This document shows, piece by piece, positions 23,608-40,807 of a stretch of 64,000 nt of DNA. Below the pieces are notes generated by a model, which was given only the letters and a program-made list of their open reading frames with translations, did not search any database and was not told the origin of the DNA. The translations under genes were made by a program, and so were the position numbers. Numbering within the stretch: position 1 is the stretch's first letter; the number at the start of each line of letters is the position of its first letter. This DNA is from Dictyostelium discoideum (taxonomy: Eukaryota). Where the stretch lies: assembly GCA_000004695.1 (NCBI GenBank), contig CM000155.2:3136001-3200000 (forward strand), in the 5' to 3' direction.

Positions 23608-26600
23608 ATGGGAAAAAAAATAAAGAAACAAACAGTTTTACCATTAAATGTTAAACCAAAGGGATTAACAAAAAAAGTACAATTACCAAAAGATCAAAAT
23701 TTAACAATTAAAGAATTAACAAAATATGATATCCTCTTTAAACAAGGTGAAAAGAATGTATCAAAAACTTCAGACTTTGTAGAAGTAGGTGAAGATGAAG
23801 TTGATAGTGAAGAAGATGATTATTTTAAAAATTCTTCATTTTTAAAATCAAATTTAACTGATGATGCGTATGTGTATATTTTATTTTTATTTTCAATAGA
23901 ATTTTAATAACCCCACCCACTAATATACTAATTTTTTTATTTTATTTTATTTTATTTTATTTTATTTTATTTTATTTTATTTTATTTTATTAGTAAATTT
24001 CAAAAATTATCATATTCTAAACAATTAGAAAATGAATATGAAGATCCAAAAGAAAAATCTAAAGCAGAAGAATCAGTTAAACAATTAAAAAAAAGAAAAT
24101 CAATTGATGATGATGAAGAAGAGGAATATAATGAATTAGAAGAAGATGAAATATATAATGAAAAGAGTGATGATGATGACGATGATGATGATGATGATGA
24201 TGATATTGAAAATGAAAGAGAAAATGATGAAAATAAAAGAGAATGGAAATTAGAAACAGTTGTTAAAAAGAGATTACCAATTAAAACACATGATGGTAGA
24301 ATGAAAACAATTACTCAAGTTATCACAGCAAAGGAATTAAAAGAAACTAAAGAAAAAAATGAAAAAACTAAAGAACAATTAATTGAACAAGTTACAAAAG
24401 AAAGAAATGCCAAAAATAAACAAAAAGGTAAAAAACCAACAGCAACACCAACAACAATTTCAAAAGAAGTAAATAAACAAATTAAAGATGCACCACAAAA
24501 GAAACAAAAAAAAAAAGATAATGATGAATCATCAGATGAAAGTGATACAGAGATTGAGAATTTAGATGTTTTAGATAGAGATATTGATGATAATGAATTT
24601 AATGATAATTCAAAATCATTGAACAGTAATAAAGATGATGACTTTTCAAAATTATCAGAAGGTGAAAGATATTTAAAAGAACAAGAATTAATTGAGAATG
24701 CAAAGATGAGTTTAGCAAAAGCAAGTTCATTGATTATTTCAAATCCAGAGAATAACATTCAAGCAATTAAAGAATTATTTTCAATTTGTATCAATAATAA
24801 AAACATTGTTATTAAAAAGTATAGTATTTTATCATTATGTGCAGTATTTAAGGATATCATACCAGGTTATAAGATTAATAAAGATTTGGCAGACGAGATT
24901 AAAAATGGCCAAACCAGTGCCGACGGTGCAGGACAGCCAAAGCAAAAACTTTCTAAAGAGATTAAAAAGATTAGAGAATATGAGAAAAAGCTATTGAAAT
25001 TCTATCAAAATTATTTAGTATTAATTGAAAATTCAATTAGTAATATTCTATCATTATTGGCAAGAAAAGTACCAAATACCAATGGTATTGGATTCTTTAA
25101 AATCAATGGTACCAACTATAGTAATAATGATTTAACATCATTATTACAATGTATTTTGAAGGCTGTTTCAACATTATTAATCACTCATCCACATTTCAAT
25201 TTCCGTACCAATTTAGTCACAATCACATCACGTTTTACAGTTTACAAAGATAAAGATATTGCAATGATGTGTTTGGAAGCCGTTAAATCATTATTTGAAC
25301 ATGATTCAACTGGTGGTGAAACTTCATTAGAGGTAGTACGTTGTTTGGCAAATGTAGCAAAATCTGCAAACTATTTAATTGATCCAAAGGTTGTACGTGT
25401 TTTCTTGGCAATGCGTTTAACAGATGTAATCGAGAAAATCAATCCATTCGGGTTCGCATCTGATGAGGCAAAGTTGGGTAAAAAAGATAGAAAGCATCTA
25501 ACTCGTACTGAAAAGAAGAAAAGAAAAGAAGATAAATCATTAGATAAAGAAATGAAAGAGGCAGAAGCTGAATTCTCAGTAAAGGAGCAAAAATTCCTTC
25601 AAACTGAAATTTTAAAGGCAATATTTATTCTTTATTTTAGAATTATAAAGAAAGCACCAAATTCACCTGCATTGACATCGGTATTGGAAGGGTTGGCTAA
25701 ATTCTCCCATTTGATATCTGTGGATTTCTTGGGTGACCTTTTGAAGGTACTTGGTGACTTGATTGAGAATGGTATCACTTCTATTGCCAATGCATTCAAT
25801 ACCAATATCACCGCCTTTAAGACTATTAAACTCCATGGTGGCTCGTTGAATGTCGATTTGAAGGATTACTACGTCCGTGTCTACTCCCTCCTCACCGACA
25901 TGGTTTTACCTAAAGAGCATGGTGTGATCGTAACTGCCTTGGACGCCCTACAATTAATGTTGGGTGACAAGAAGCAAACCGCCGTTGAAAGAGTTGCATC
26001 ATTCATTAAACGTCTCTCAACCATCGCTTTGTTTTTACCACCACATGCATCATTGGCATTAGTTTCATTCATTAAACAATTATTTATAACTTATCCACAA
26101 ACCCAACGTTTACTTGAAACCGATTCAACTTTCTCTGGTGGTGACTACGTTCCAGAGGCACAAGATCCTGATCATTGTAATCCATTCGCTTCAACTCTAT
26201 GGGAACTATCATTGTTAACCAATCACTGGCATCCAAAATTCGAACCAATCTTAAAAAGAATCTTATCATATAATGAATCACAAATGTCCTCTCAACATGT
26301 TACTCGTGAACGTTCACCATTGGAATTATATCGTTCCTATGATAATAGTAAAGGTGGTTTCAATCCACCAATTGAATTACCAAAAGAACATCATTTACTT
26401 GGTAAAATGCGTAAATTAAAAAAATCATTTAAAAATCGTGAAATTCAAGTTTTCATCACTCCTCAAAAACAATTTGAAAAATCATCTTTCCTTAATCAAT
26501 GTCAACAACAAACCTCTGATAAAGAAATTCAAAAACAAAATATTACTTTTGATAATTATTTTAATGAAAATAAAGATTTTAATAATCAAATGAAATTATT

Positions 26601-26709
26601 TAAAAAATTGGAAAATTTAAAAAATTTAAAATCAAGATTGGATTCTCAAAAATCTCAAAAATCTCAACCACAAAAGAAAAATACCAAGAAAATTTTAAAT
26701 ACTAAATAA
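23608..26709 (+). CDS. Nucleolar complex protein 3 (NOC3/CBF-family)-like protein, about 991 aa. Exons: 23608..23867 and 23994..26709. The intron is (TTTTA)n.
   Basis: The acidic N-terminus and the internal ...LSLCAVFKDIIPGYKI... stretch resemble NOC3. Exon 2 joins in frame to the ORF that begins MKTITQV. The donor is GTATGT and the acceptor is TTATTAG. Confidence 0.6.
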
Positions 26710-26860
26710 AATTTTAAATAAAAATAAAAAAAAATAAAAAATAAAAAATAAAAAAAAAAATTAAAAATATAAAAAAATAAAAAAAAAAAAATAAAAAAAT
26801 TTATATTCTTTTTTTTATCATTTCTATAATCAATTATTCAAAAAAAAAAAAAAAAAAAAA

Positions 26861-27388
26861 ATGCAAAATAGTAATAATTTAGGTTTATCTTTAGAAAAAA
26901 AAGATTATCATAATAAAAGTAAAATTATTGATAATGATGATAATAATAAAGAAAAAATTTATTGGTTAAATTATGATATTGAAAATATTAAAAAAGAATT
27001 ACAAGAATTACAAGATGAAGAAAATCAAATTTTAAAAGATTTAGAACCTTTTAAAAAACAAATTAAAGAATTAGAAGAAATTGAAAAACGTAATCTTGAT
27101 AAAGTTCATACATATAATGAAATTAAAGATGCAACTCAAAATCAAATAGGTATAGTATTAACATTATTTTAAAAAATATAAAAAAAAAAAAAAAAGATTT
27201 TTTTTTTTTTTTAATTTTCTTTATTTACCACTGGTTGTTTTATTTTTTAAAAAAATAAAAAAATAAAATTTTCTAATTTTTTATTATAATAAAAAATTTT
27301 AATAGGTAAATTAGCAGAATATGAAGGTGTTACAATAATTCAAATGACTAAAAAACTTGGCATATTTTTGAACAGTGATGAAAAATAG
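26861..27388 (+). CDS. SWI5-like DNA repair protein, about 123 aa. Exons: 26861..27149 and 27306..27388.
   Basis: After splicing the C-terminus reads ...LDKVHTYNEIKDATQNQIGKLAEYEGVTIIQMTKKLGI, which matches the Swi5 signature (HxYNDIKD...GKLA..GVT). An N-terminal coiled coil precedes it. Confidence 0.6.
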
Positions 27389-27478
27389 GTGTTATTTTTA
27401 TTTTTAAAATTTTTATTTTTTTTTATTTTGGGTTTGTCCATCTGAAACTCTTTATTTTATTGGTTTAAATATAAAAAC

Positions 27479-27509
<31 letters not shown>

Positions 27510-28444
27510 AAACAAAAGAAAAAAAGAAAACAAAAAAATATTTTTAAAAATAAAAATATCAAAGACTTAGGAAATAGAGAAAAAAAATGTCTTTTTCTAT
27601 TCCATTTCCAGCCTAAAAGCACCATCGCATCGTGGATTTGTGTTTAAAAATAAACTTTTATGATAAAGATAAAAAATAAAAATAAAAAAAAAATAATAAA
27701 ATAATAAAACAACACTTAAAGAGATTAATTGAATTTTTTTTTTATTTTTTATTTAGACCAAATCTTTTTTTTGTGCGAATCTTGATCTGTGTAAAAATAT
27801 GCACGTTGCAAAAAAAAAAAAAAAAAAAAAAAATATTAAAAAAAAAAAAAGAAAACCAAAAATAAATTTTATTTTTATTTTTTTTTATTTTTTTTTTTTA
27901 TTTTTAAGTTGGTTCTTTCTTTCTCTTACTCTTTCAGTTGTGTAAATACTCAATCAAAAACCAAAAATCAAAAAAATATTATTCATTAAAAAAAAAAAAA
28001 AGGAAAAGAAAATCAATTCTGATAAGAGAGAATTTCAAACTATCATACCTTTATATTTTTTTAATATTTTATTTTTGCCATAAATTCATTTTAACCCATC
28101 ACACACCACACTCACACAACACTGTAAAAATAATAACTACCTTTGTGTTATGTTTGTAAAATATATTTTCAATTAAATTATTATATAATAATAATAACAC
28201 CACCCATTAAAAATAAAAAAATAAAAAAAAATAAAAAAAATAAAAATAAAAATAAAAAAAAATAAACAAATAAAAATAAAAAAAAAGCAAAAAATATATT
28301 TTATTTAAACAATTTTCTTTTTTTTAATTTTTGTGTTGTGTGTTTAAAATTTTTTTTCCAGATCTTAATATTTATGAAAATATAAAAATAACAAAACAGT
28401 AATAAGAATATAAATAAATAAAAAAATAAAAAAAAAAATAAAAA

Positions 28445-30441
28445 ATGGCAGGTGATGATGATAGAAATTCAATTCCAATGGAACATTATGACCAACAAGA
28501 ATTACAACCACCACAACAAGAATTACAACAACCACCACAACAACAACAACAACAACAACAAGAATTACAACAACAACAACAACAACAACAACAAATATAT
28601 CCAAGTATAAATGATTTAGATTCTTCAAGAAATAATTCACCACAAGTACCACATTATGCAAGTAAGAATTCATTTAATAATAATAATAGTAGTAGTAATC
28701 AATCATTAGAAAAAATACAAGAATTGGAAAGTAAAAAAGAACTTGCCTATGAACATTTAAGTCCAGCACCACAATCATCATCGTATGAAGATTTAGGATT
28801 AAAAGATCAAGTTTTAGAGAATGTATTTGGTGCAACAGTACGTCAAAAGAAAGCAAGAGTACCTGAGGGATTTATAGTGAGTTATACAAAATCAGGTCAA
28901 CCATTTTTATTATCGGTAGAGTTACAACGTGAAACCAATGAAGATTTCATGGCAGCTAATGAACATGCAAAATTGAAACTACCAATAAATTGTGACAATA
29001 AAGATATCGAGAGAGTGTATGGCACTGGTGTTTATTTATACTTTAATTTCATTTCATTTTGTATTGGTGTCAATGTATTATTATTCCTATGCGTACTCAT
29101 TAACATGATACCACATTATTACTTTGGTGCAAAGTATGACCATTTTAAGAATTTCTCAATTCAAGATTATCTATTACTCTCTTTGAATCTTCAATCCTAT
29201 TATCAGTCAGAGGTGAAATTGTACTATTTCTGGTCGACTTTTGGTTGTATTTTACTCTCATTTTTCATGGGCCCCGTCTATGCTTTCAAAATTAATTCAT
29301 ACTTTAGAAAATCAAATAAAACTGATTTCGAAGATGGATTCGATGCTGATGATGTAATCATTAAAAATGCAAATATACCACGTAAAGAACGTTTAGTTCG
29401 TTTTTTCATCTCTTATATCATCTTTATTTTATTATTATGTGGTTCCGCTGTACTTTGTGCTTTAGTTTTAAAATTTGTAAATTCTTATAAATTTTTTACA
29501 AATATTTTGTAAGTTTTTTTTTTTTTTTTTTAAAAAAATAATAATAAAATAATAAATAATATTAATATTAATTTTTTTTCCTATATATAGAACAACATCA
29601 TTTATTTCAGCTTGTATTATTAGAGTTATAAATGTAATTTATGATCAAATTTCAATTTATTTAACAATGTTTGAAAAACATCCAACTTGGACAAAATTTA
29701 AAATTCAAAATACTTTAAAATTATTTGTTTTTAAAATTGTAAATGTTATTATTTTATATATTCTTAGAGATAGAATATTTGAAAATATTACTCATCAATC
29801 AATTTTAGAAGGTTGTCCATTTGTTGACGTTGGTTCTCAATTTTTATTTATTTTAGTTTTAGATTTAACTGTAAGTTTTATATAAATAAATTATATTTTA
29901 AAATTAATAATTTATTTATTAATTTTATTTTAATTATTTATTTTTGAATCAATAGTTATCAAATCTTTGGGAAATTATTTATAGTGTTTCAATGGCATAT
30001 ATTGGAAGAAGAAGAGAAAAGAGTGGTAAAAAATCAACAGAATCTTATAAACCTGAATTTGAAATTTCTGAAGAATATTTGGAGATTTTGTATAGACAAT
30101 TTATTGTATATTTAGGTTTACCAATTTATCCAATTGTAACTTTATTTGGTGTTGTTTGTAATATTGTTGAATATTATGTTGATAGATTCAGATTAATTAG
30201 AATTTGTAAAAAACCACATAGAATGCAAGGTTCTATGAAAAAGTTTTTATCATTTTATTTATTATTCATCTCTTTAATTAGTGTTGCTAGTTATCCGTAT
30301 GGTTCAGGTTGGGTTTTAATTCAAATTGGTTTTAAAACTGGAAATTTAAATACTAATTGTGGTTATTTATTCGATGGTGATATTCCAGTTTCTGATTCTT
30401 CATCTTCAAGTACTGGAAATGGAATTGGTATTAAAATCTAA
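28445..30441 (+). CDS. TMC (transmembrane channel-like) family protein, about 609 aa. Exons: 28445..29508, 29591..29870 and 29956..30441.
   Basis: The N-terminus is poly-Q. Multiple TM helices are present. The motif CPFVDVGSQF resembles the TMC signature CWETxVGQE. The C-terminal LPIYPIVTLFGVVCNIVEYYVDRFRLIRICKKPHRMQGSMKKFL matches the TMC tail. All donors are GTAAGT and the phases are consistent. Confidence 0.65.
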
Positions 30442-30544
30442 AAAAAATAAAAAATATAAAAAAAAATATAAAAAAATAAAGAAAAATAAAAAAAAAAAAA
30501 AAAAAAACTATTTATTAATTAAAGAAATAAAAATATAAAATTAA

Positions 30545-30595
<51 letters not shown>

Positions 30596-30783
30596 TTAAT
30601 AGTTTGAAGAAAAAATTAAGATTTAAAAAAAAAAAATAAAAAAAAAAAAAAAAAAAAAATATCTTTATTTTGTGGAAAATGTTTAATTACATATGTGTGA
30701 ATATATTAATTAAATTTAATAATTAATAATTTTTAAAAATATCAAAATGTGGTTTCAATTTGGTTATTTGAAAAATTTGCAAC

Positions 30784-30824
<41 letters not shown>

Positions 30825-31248
30825 TTTTTTTTTACATTTTATTTTATTTTTTTTATATTTTTTTTTTTAATTTTTTTTAATTTTTTTTATTTTATGGGTG
30901 TAGTGTGTTTGATAAATAATACAGAGATATCAATACCAATTTTGTAATAATACAAATATTCAAATATTTTTTTATATACATATATATTTTTTCCTTAATT
31001 TATAAAAAAAAATAAAAAAATAAATTTTTTTTATATAATAACATATTAATAATAATATCTTTGTCATTTTAAAATAATAATTTTTTTTATTTTTCTTATT
31101 TATTTAGGACATATATATCCAATAATTTAAAATTTTCTCAACCAATATTTTTTTTTTTTTAATTATTTAAAAATTAATTAACTAGATTTTTTTTTTTTTT
31201 TTTTAAAAAAAAAACAAAAAAAAAAAAAAAAAGCAAAAAAAAAAAAAA

Positions 31249-36262
<5,014 letters not shown>

Positions 36263-36635
36263 ATTCAAACTTTTAATTTATCATAAACTTATCTGTTTTT
36301 TTTTTTTTTTTTTTTTTTTTTTCAAATTAATAACCTCATCTCAATTTGGAATGTTCTAGTTTTATTTAATTTTATTTTAGTAATATTTTTATAGAGCCAG
36401 TTGTTTTTTTTGTCAGCAAATAAAAAGTAAATCAGCTATTTTTTTTTGATAAAAATATCTGAGCCTTAAAATAGTTTGGGTTAAACTTGGACAATTCAAT
36501 AAATTGAAATATTTCCATAAAAATCCATACTCTGGTATTGTAGTTTTAGGACCATCAATATAACAATTATATTTAGTTTAGTAAGAGGTATAATATTATT
36601 TATTATTTACCATTAATTATTTCTGTGTTCAAGGG

Positions 36636-36935
36636 TCACAAAAGTATATACAAATTATCAAAAGTATTACTTTTGATTAAAACATCTTTTTTGTCCAAAC
36701 TTTTTTCTAAATTTTTTTTTATTTTATCGTCTGGTTCGTGATTGATGTTGATGACATATTTGAATTGTTTTTTTTTTATTTGATTTTTATCCACAATTTC
36801 GCTTATTTTTTGTAGGCATTTGTGTTGCTTAATATTTGTGGTGTTGTTTGTAATTTTCATCTTGTTTTCTTTCTATTATTTTATTTTACTTTAAAAAGTT
36901 AAAAATCTGGAAATTTTCTGATAAACTTGAGTTCC

Positions 36936-36970
<35 letters not shown>

Positions 36971-37587
36971 TTTTTTTTTTTTTTTATTTATAGAAAGTAC
37001 TGAGTGAATTATTTTATTTTTTGAGATGTTTAGGAAGTGCTATTGCGTGAAGAGGTGAGTTCCATTGTCTGCTAAATTGTAATAGCTTTAGCGAGATTAA
37101 TGAGTCTAATTTATTTTATTCTTCTGGCCGTTGCTTTGATTTGATTCTTAATTTTTTGTTGTCTATGAATTATTATTTTTTTTTCATCGTGAATCAGTTT
37201 GTTTCTTTTGTACCAAATTTTTTCGAATATGATAGCTATTAAATTGGCTATTAGTGCAATTTGTAGATGGTTTAAAATCTTCACATTCCAGGTGTGAGTG
37301 GTGTGTCCACACTTAGTTAGGGTGTAGTTGAAGATTTCTTGTGTGTTTTTGATGTGGGCTTTGCAGTTGAAGAATATGTGTTCTGAAGTCTCATCTTCCC
37401 CAAACTGTTGGCATGGCATGTTGTATATTTTTGGTAGTGCTTTCAGTGTGTATCTCCATAATAAATCTCTACCTTTCATGTTTATTATTTTTTTAATTTC
37501 TTTAAATGGAAGGTGTTTGCTATTAATGTTGGTCATTATTTCTTTTTGGCCATGAATTTTTTTTTTTTTTTTTGAATTTTTGGCCAT
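36636..37587 (-). mobile_element. 5'-truncated TRE5-A fragment carrying the ORF2 C-terminal 158 codons, the ORF2 3' UTR, an A-run and the B-module (first 74 codons of ORF1). The C-module is missing.
   Basis: The ORF at 37111-37587 (GRDLLWRYTLKALP...CQQFGEDETSEHIFFNCKAH) is homologous to the ORF2 C-terminus of the full-length element. Positions 36985-37100 match 3640-3720 of copy 1. The truncated 5' end lies 39 bp from tRNA-His. Confidence 0.6.
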
Positions 37588-37625
37588 GAATTGGAATACG
37601 ACGTTTTTACTAAAATATCAAAATT

Positions 37626-37696
37626 CGCCGTGATAGTATAGTGGTAGTACATCAGATTGTGGCTCTGTTGACCCTGGTTCGATTCCAGGTCGCGGC
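37626..37696 (+). tRNA. tRNA-His (anticodon GUG)
   Basis: GCCGTGATAGTATAGTGGTAGTACATCAGATTGTGGCTCTGTTGACCCTGGTTCGATTCCAGGTCGCGGCA aligns to the canonical tRNA-His (anticodon loop TTGTGGC, discriminator A). There is one T-T mismatch in the anticodon stem. Confidence 0.8.
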
Positions 37697-37729
37697 ACTT
37701 TTTTTTGGCAGAAACCAAAATAGATCAAG

Positions 37730-37738
37730 TGTTCGATT
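37730..37738 (+). promoter_or_regulatory. External B box (GTTCGATTC) about 35 bp downstream of tRNA-His
   Basis: A B-box-like motif. Confidence 0.4.
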
Positions 37739-37739
37739 C

Positions 37740-38490
37740 TCAGAGGAATGTGCCAAGAAGTGAAATTCACTCACTTTTAAAAAAGGTTCAAATAAACTGA
37801 AATATTAAAATAAACTTTTTTCAAAAGATCCTAAAAAATTTAAATGCCAAATGATTTCCATAAAACAAATAATTCATGTAAAAACATAATAGATATGGAA
37901 CTCTTTAATGATGACAAAATTCAAGACTCAATATCAGACTGCAACATTATTCTCAAAAAATGGTATAAATATGCAACCATGACTTCAAAAATAAAGTAAT
38001 AAACTTTAAACTATCACCAAGATACTCACTTTCAATTTGTTAATTCATCATACAAATTAAAAATATTGAAAATCAAATTATCAACTAATACTGTATACCA
38101 AATAGAGTAATTGTGGGTCAATTAATTTAAGCGATAGCTCCAAAATACTATTTTATTATTGAAACATTTCCCAATAATCCAATAAATCTAAATAAACAAA
38201 ATAAACAATTAATATTTGTGAAAATACGAATCTAGCAAATAATTGATTAATTAAAAAAAGCAAAGTAAATTGTATTCCAAAATTAGTGTTTTTAAATCTT
38301 ATCCTTCGACCAATTCATCTAATAATATAATCTTTTGAGTAATATTAATATTTCTTGGTCTGATCAAGTACCATGATTTGTATTGTATATTATTAGATGA
38401 ATTGGTCGAAGGATATGATTTAAAAACGATGATTCGATTCCACAACATGAAGAGCACTTTTCATTAATATTTTGCCTTTAATAAGTAAAA
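37740..38490. repeat. Unclassified A/C-rich non-coding block downstream of tRNA-His, possibly a TRE3-derived fragment. It contains a 28-bp inverted repeat (38290-38325 / 38390-38425) and a B-box-like GATTCGATTCC at 38437.
   Basis: Its composition resembles the sense strand of TRE elements. It has no long ORF. It sits where TRE3 elements normally land. Confidence 0.3.
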
Positions 38491-38496
38491 AAATGG

Positions 38497-38920
38497 TAAC
38501 TTTTTTTTTGAATTGGATAACGCAATTATTAGTTGCTTCTCCTTGAGATGCTAGATCTCATTTTATTTGTAGTAGTTTTTTTACAGGGTCTCTAAAAGAG
38601 GGGTTAGTTTACTTTTTTTTTTTTTTTTTTTTTTTTGTTTCAAATTTTGAATTGTATTATTACTTTTGATTAAAACATCTTTTTTGTCCAAACTTTTTTC
38701 TAAATTTTTTTTTATTTTATCGTCTGGTTCGTGATTGATGTTGATGACATATTTGAATTGTTTTTTTTATTTGAGTTTTATCCACAATTTCGCTTATTTT
38801 TTGTAGGCGTTTGTGTTGCTTAAAATTTGTGGTGTTATTTATAATTTTCATCTTATTTTCTTCTATTTTACTTTAAAAAGTTAAAAATCTGGAAATTTTC
38901 TGATTAACTTGAGTTCCTAT

Positions 38921-38952
<32 letters not shown>

Positions 38953-39030
38953 TCTTTTTATATGAAAAATGAAATAATCAAAAAAAGAGATTGTAGTTGT
39001 TTGTTTTTTTAAAAAAAAAAAAAAAAATCG
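38497..39030 (-). mobile_element. ORF-less TRE5-A derivative, about 530 bp, of the A-B-C module type: C-module with an oligo(A), B-module with the first ~70 codons of ORF1, and an A-module
   Basis: C-module reverse complement at 38497-38610, ORF1 N-terminus reverse complement at 38640-38860, B-module tail at 38870-38925, A-module reverse complement at 38951-39010. Confidence 0.65.
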
Positions 39031-39249
39031 TACCATACCATCCAAAAATCTCAACTTTTGTAATAATGGCGAATAATTAAGCGACATAAATAAATTAATA
39101 TATAAAGTTTTTATCCCTGGTAAAATACAAATATAGAAATAGATCTGTAACTGAAAAGACGTTAACAAATACAAGATTCTTACTTTATTCTCAGAAATTT
39201 TACCAACAGTTTCTTTATTAAAATTAGTTTTAGTATAAATAGTAAATAA

Positions 39250-39450
39250 AATAAAAATTAATTCATTGTTGTTTTATTCCAAATTGTGCACAAACATAAC
39301 TTATAAGTAAAGCTTTTTTATATATAATATTATATATATCTCTATATTATATATAATAATATATATTATATATATTATATATAATAAAGTTTTACTTATA
39401 AGTTTTGTTTGTACACAATTTGGAATAAAACAACAATGAATTAATTTTTA
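39250..39450. repeat. Large near-perfect palindrome with arms of about 58 bp (AATTCATTGTTGTTTTATTCCAAATTGTGCACAAACATAACTTATAAGTAAAGC) around a spacer of about 85 bp of (TA)-rich sequence
   Basis: The two arms are exact reverse complements of each other. Confidence 0.75.
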
Positions 39451-39469
39451 TTTATTATTAATTATTTAT

Positions 39470-39566
39470 TATTAATTATTTCTGTGTGTTCAAGGGTTAC
39501 ACAAGTATATAAGGTATATACAAATTATCAAAAGTATATCATAGGAATTGGAATACGACGTTCATT
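39470..39566. repeat. Unclassified dispersed repeat (TTAATTATTTCTGTGTTCAAGGGTYACA...CAAATTATCAAAAGTA...GGAATTGGAATACGACGTT). A second copy is at 36590-36640, and the terminal 18-mer also occurs at 37590-37607 next to tRNA-His.
   Basis: Three partial copies in this window, and each one abuts a TRE5 fragment. Confidence 0.4.
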
Positions 39567-39820
39567 ACAAGCTTGTTAGCTTTATAAATATATATAATTA
39601 ATAATTATATAATTGAATAATATTTTGTTATCTTTATTTAATATTAATTTATATTTATAATATTCAATATTGTTTATAAAATTTTCTCTAGTATTTATAT
39701 TATTTATAAGGAGTTGACAGTATTATTATTATAATTATTTTTATATTATTTAAATGTGTGTCAACTATTATTAGTAATGTAATATGCATATTTAATATCT
39801 ATTAATTTTATTTTATTTTA

Positions 39821-39933
39821 TTTTTTTTGAATTGGATAATGCAATTATTATTTACTTCTCCTTGAGATGCTAGATCTCATTTTATTTTATTTATCTATTA
39901 ATTTTATATTTTTTTTTTTTGAACAGGGAATAA
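39821..39933 (-). mobile_element. Solo TRE5-A C-module (a 5'-truncated insertion) with an oligo(A)
   Basis: A T-run followed by GAATTGGATAATGCAATTATTATTTACTTCTCCTTGAGATGCTAGATCTCATTTTA is the reverse complement of a C-module. Confidence 0.5.
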
Positions 39934-39947
39934 CAACTATTAATTTT

Positions 39948-40057
39948 TTTTTTTTTTTAATTGGATAACGCAATTATTATTTGCTTCTCCTTGAGATGCT
40001 AGATCTCATTTTATTTTATTTTATTTTTTTTTTACAGTGTCTCTAAAAGAGGGTTGG

Positions 40058-40106
<49 letters not shown>

Positions 40107-40398
40107 TTTCCAATTTTGAATTGTATTATTACTTTTGATTAAAACATCTTTTTTGTCCAAACTTTTTTCTAAATCTTTTTTTATTTTATCGTCTGGTTCG
40201 TGATTGATGTTTATGACGTATTTGAATTGTTTTTTTTTTAATTGAGTTTTATCCACAATTTCGCTTATTTTTTGTAGGCATTTGTGTTGCTTAATATTTG
40301 TGGGGTTGTTTGTGATTTTCATTTTATTTTCTTTCTATTTTTTTTATTTTTCTTTAAAAAGTTAAAAATCTGGAAATTTTCTGATTAACTTGAGTTCC

Positions 40399-40437
<39 letters not shown>

Positions 40438-40705
40438 TCTTTTTTATATGAAAAATGAAATAATCAAAAAAAGAGATTGTTGTTGTTGTTTGTTTTTTTT
40501 CGATCTGATTATTTTTTGCTTTTTTTTTGAAAATTTTGCTACGCAATATTCTCAAAACGAAACAAATAATAAATTACAATAAAGTAAAAAGATGGCTTTT
40601 TAAAATAGTTTATTTATTTATTTATTTGTTTTTTAAGTCTTTTTTATATGAAAAATGAAATAATCAAAAAAAGAGATTGTTGTTGTTTGTTTTTTTTCGA
40701 TCTGT
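39948..40705 (-). mobile_element. Short TRE5-A derivative of about 760 bp (A-module x1.3, B-module with 87 codons of ORF1, C-module, A-run). It is flanked by the 14-bp direct repeats CAACTATTAATTTT at 39934-39947 and 40707-40720.
   Basis: A-module reverse complement at 40432-40505 and 40630-40705, ORF1 reverse complement at 40059-40322, C-module reverse complement at 39960-40050, T-run at 39948-39960, and the flanking TSD. Confidence 0.7.
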
Positions 40706-40773
40706 CAACTATTAATTTTTTTTTTTTTTTAATAACATCACTCAATTTGAGTGTGTTCTAGGAGAGTTTATTT

Positions 40774-40807
<34 letters not shown>

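Noticed and set aside
24315-26281. Minus-strand ORFs inside the NOC3-like gene
   Set aside because: Antisense to a long, domain-bearing sense ORF.
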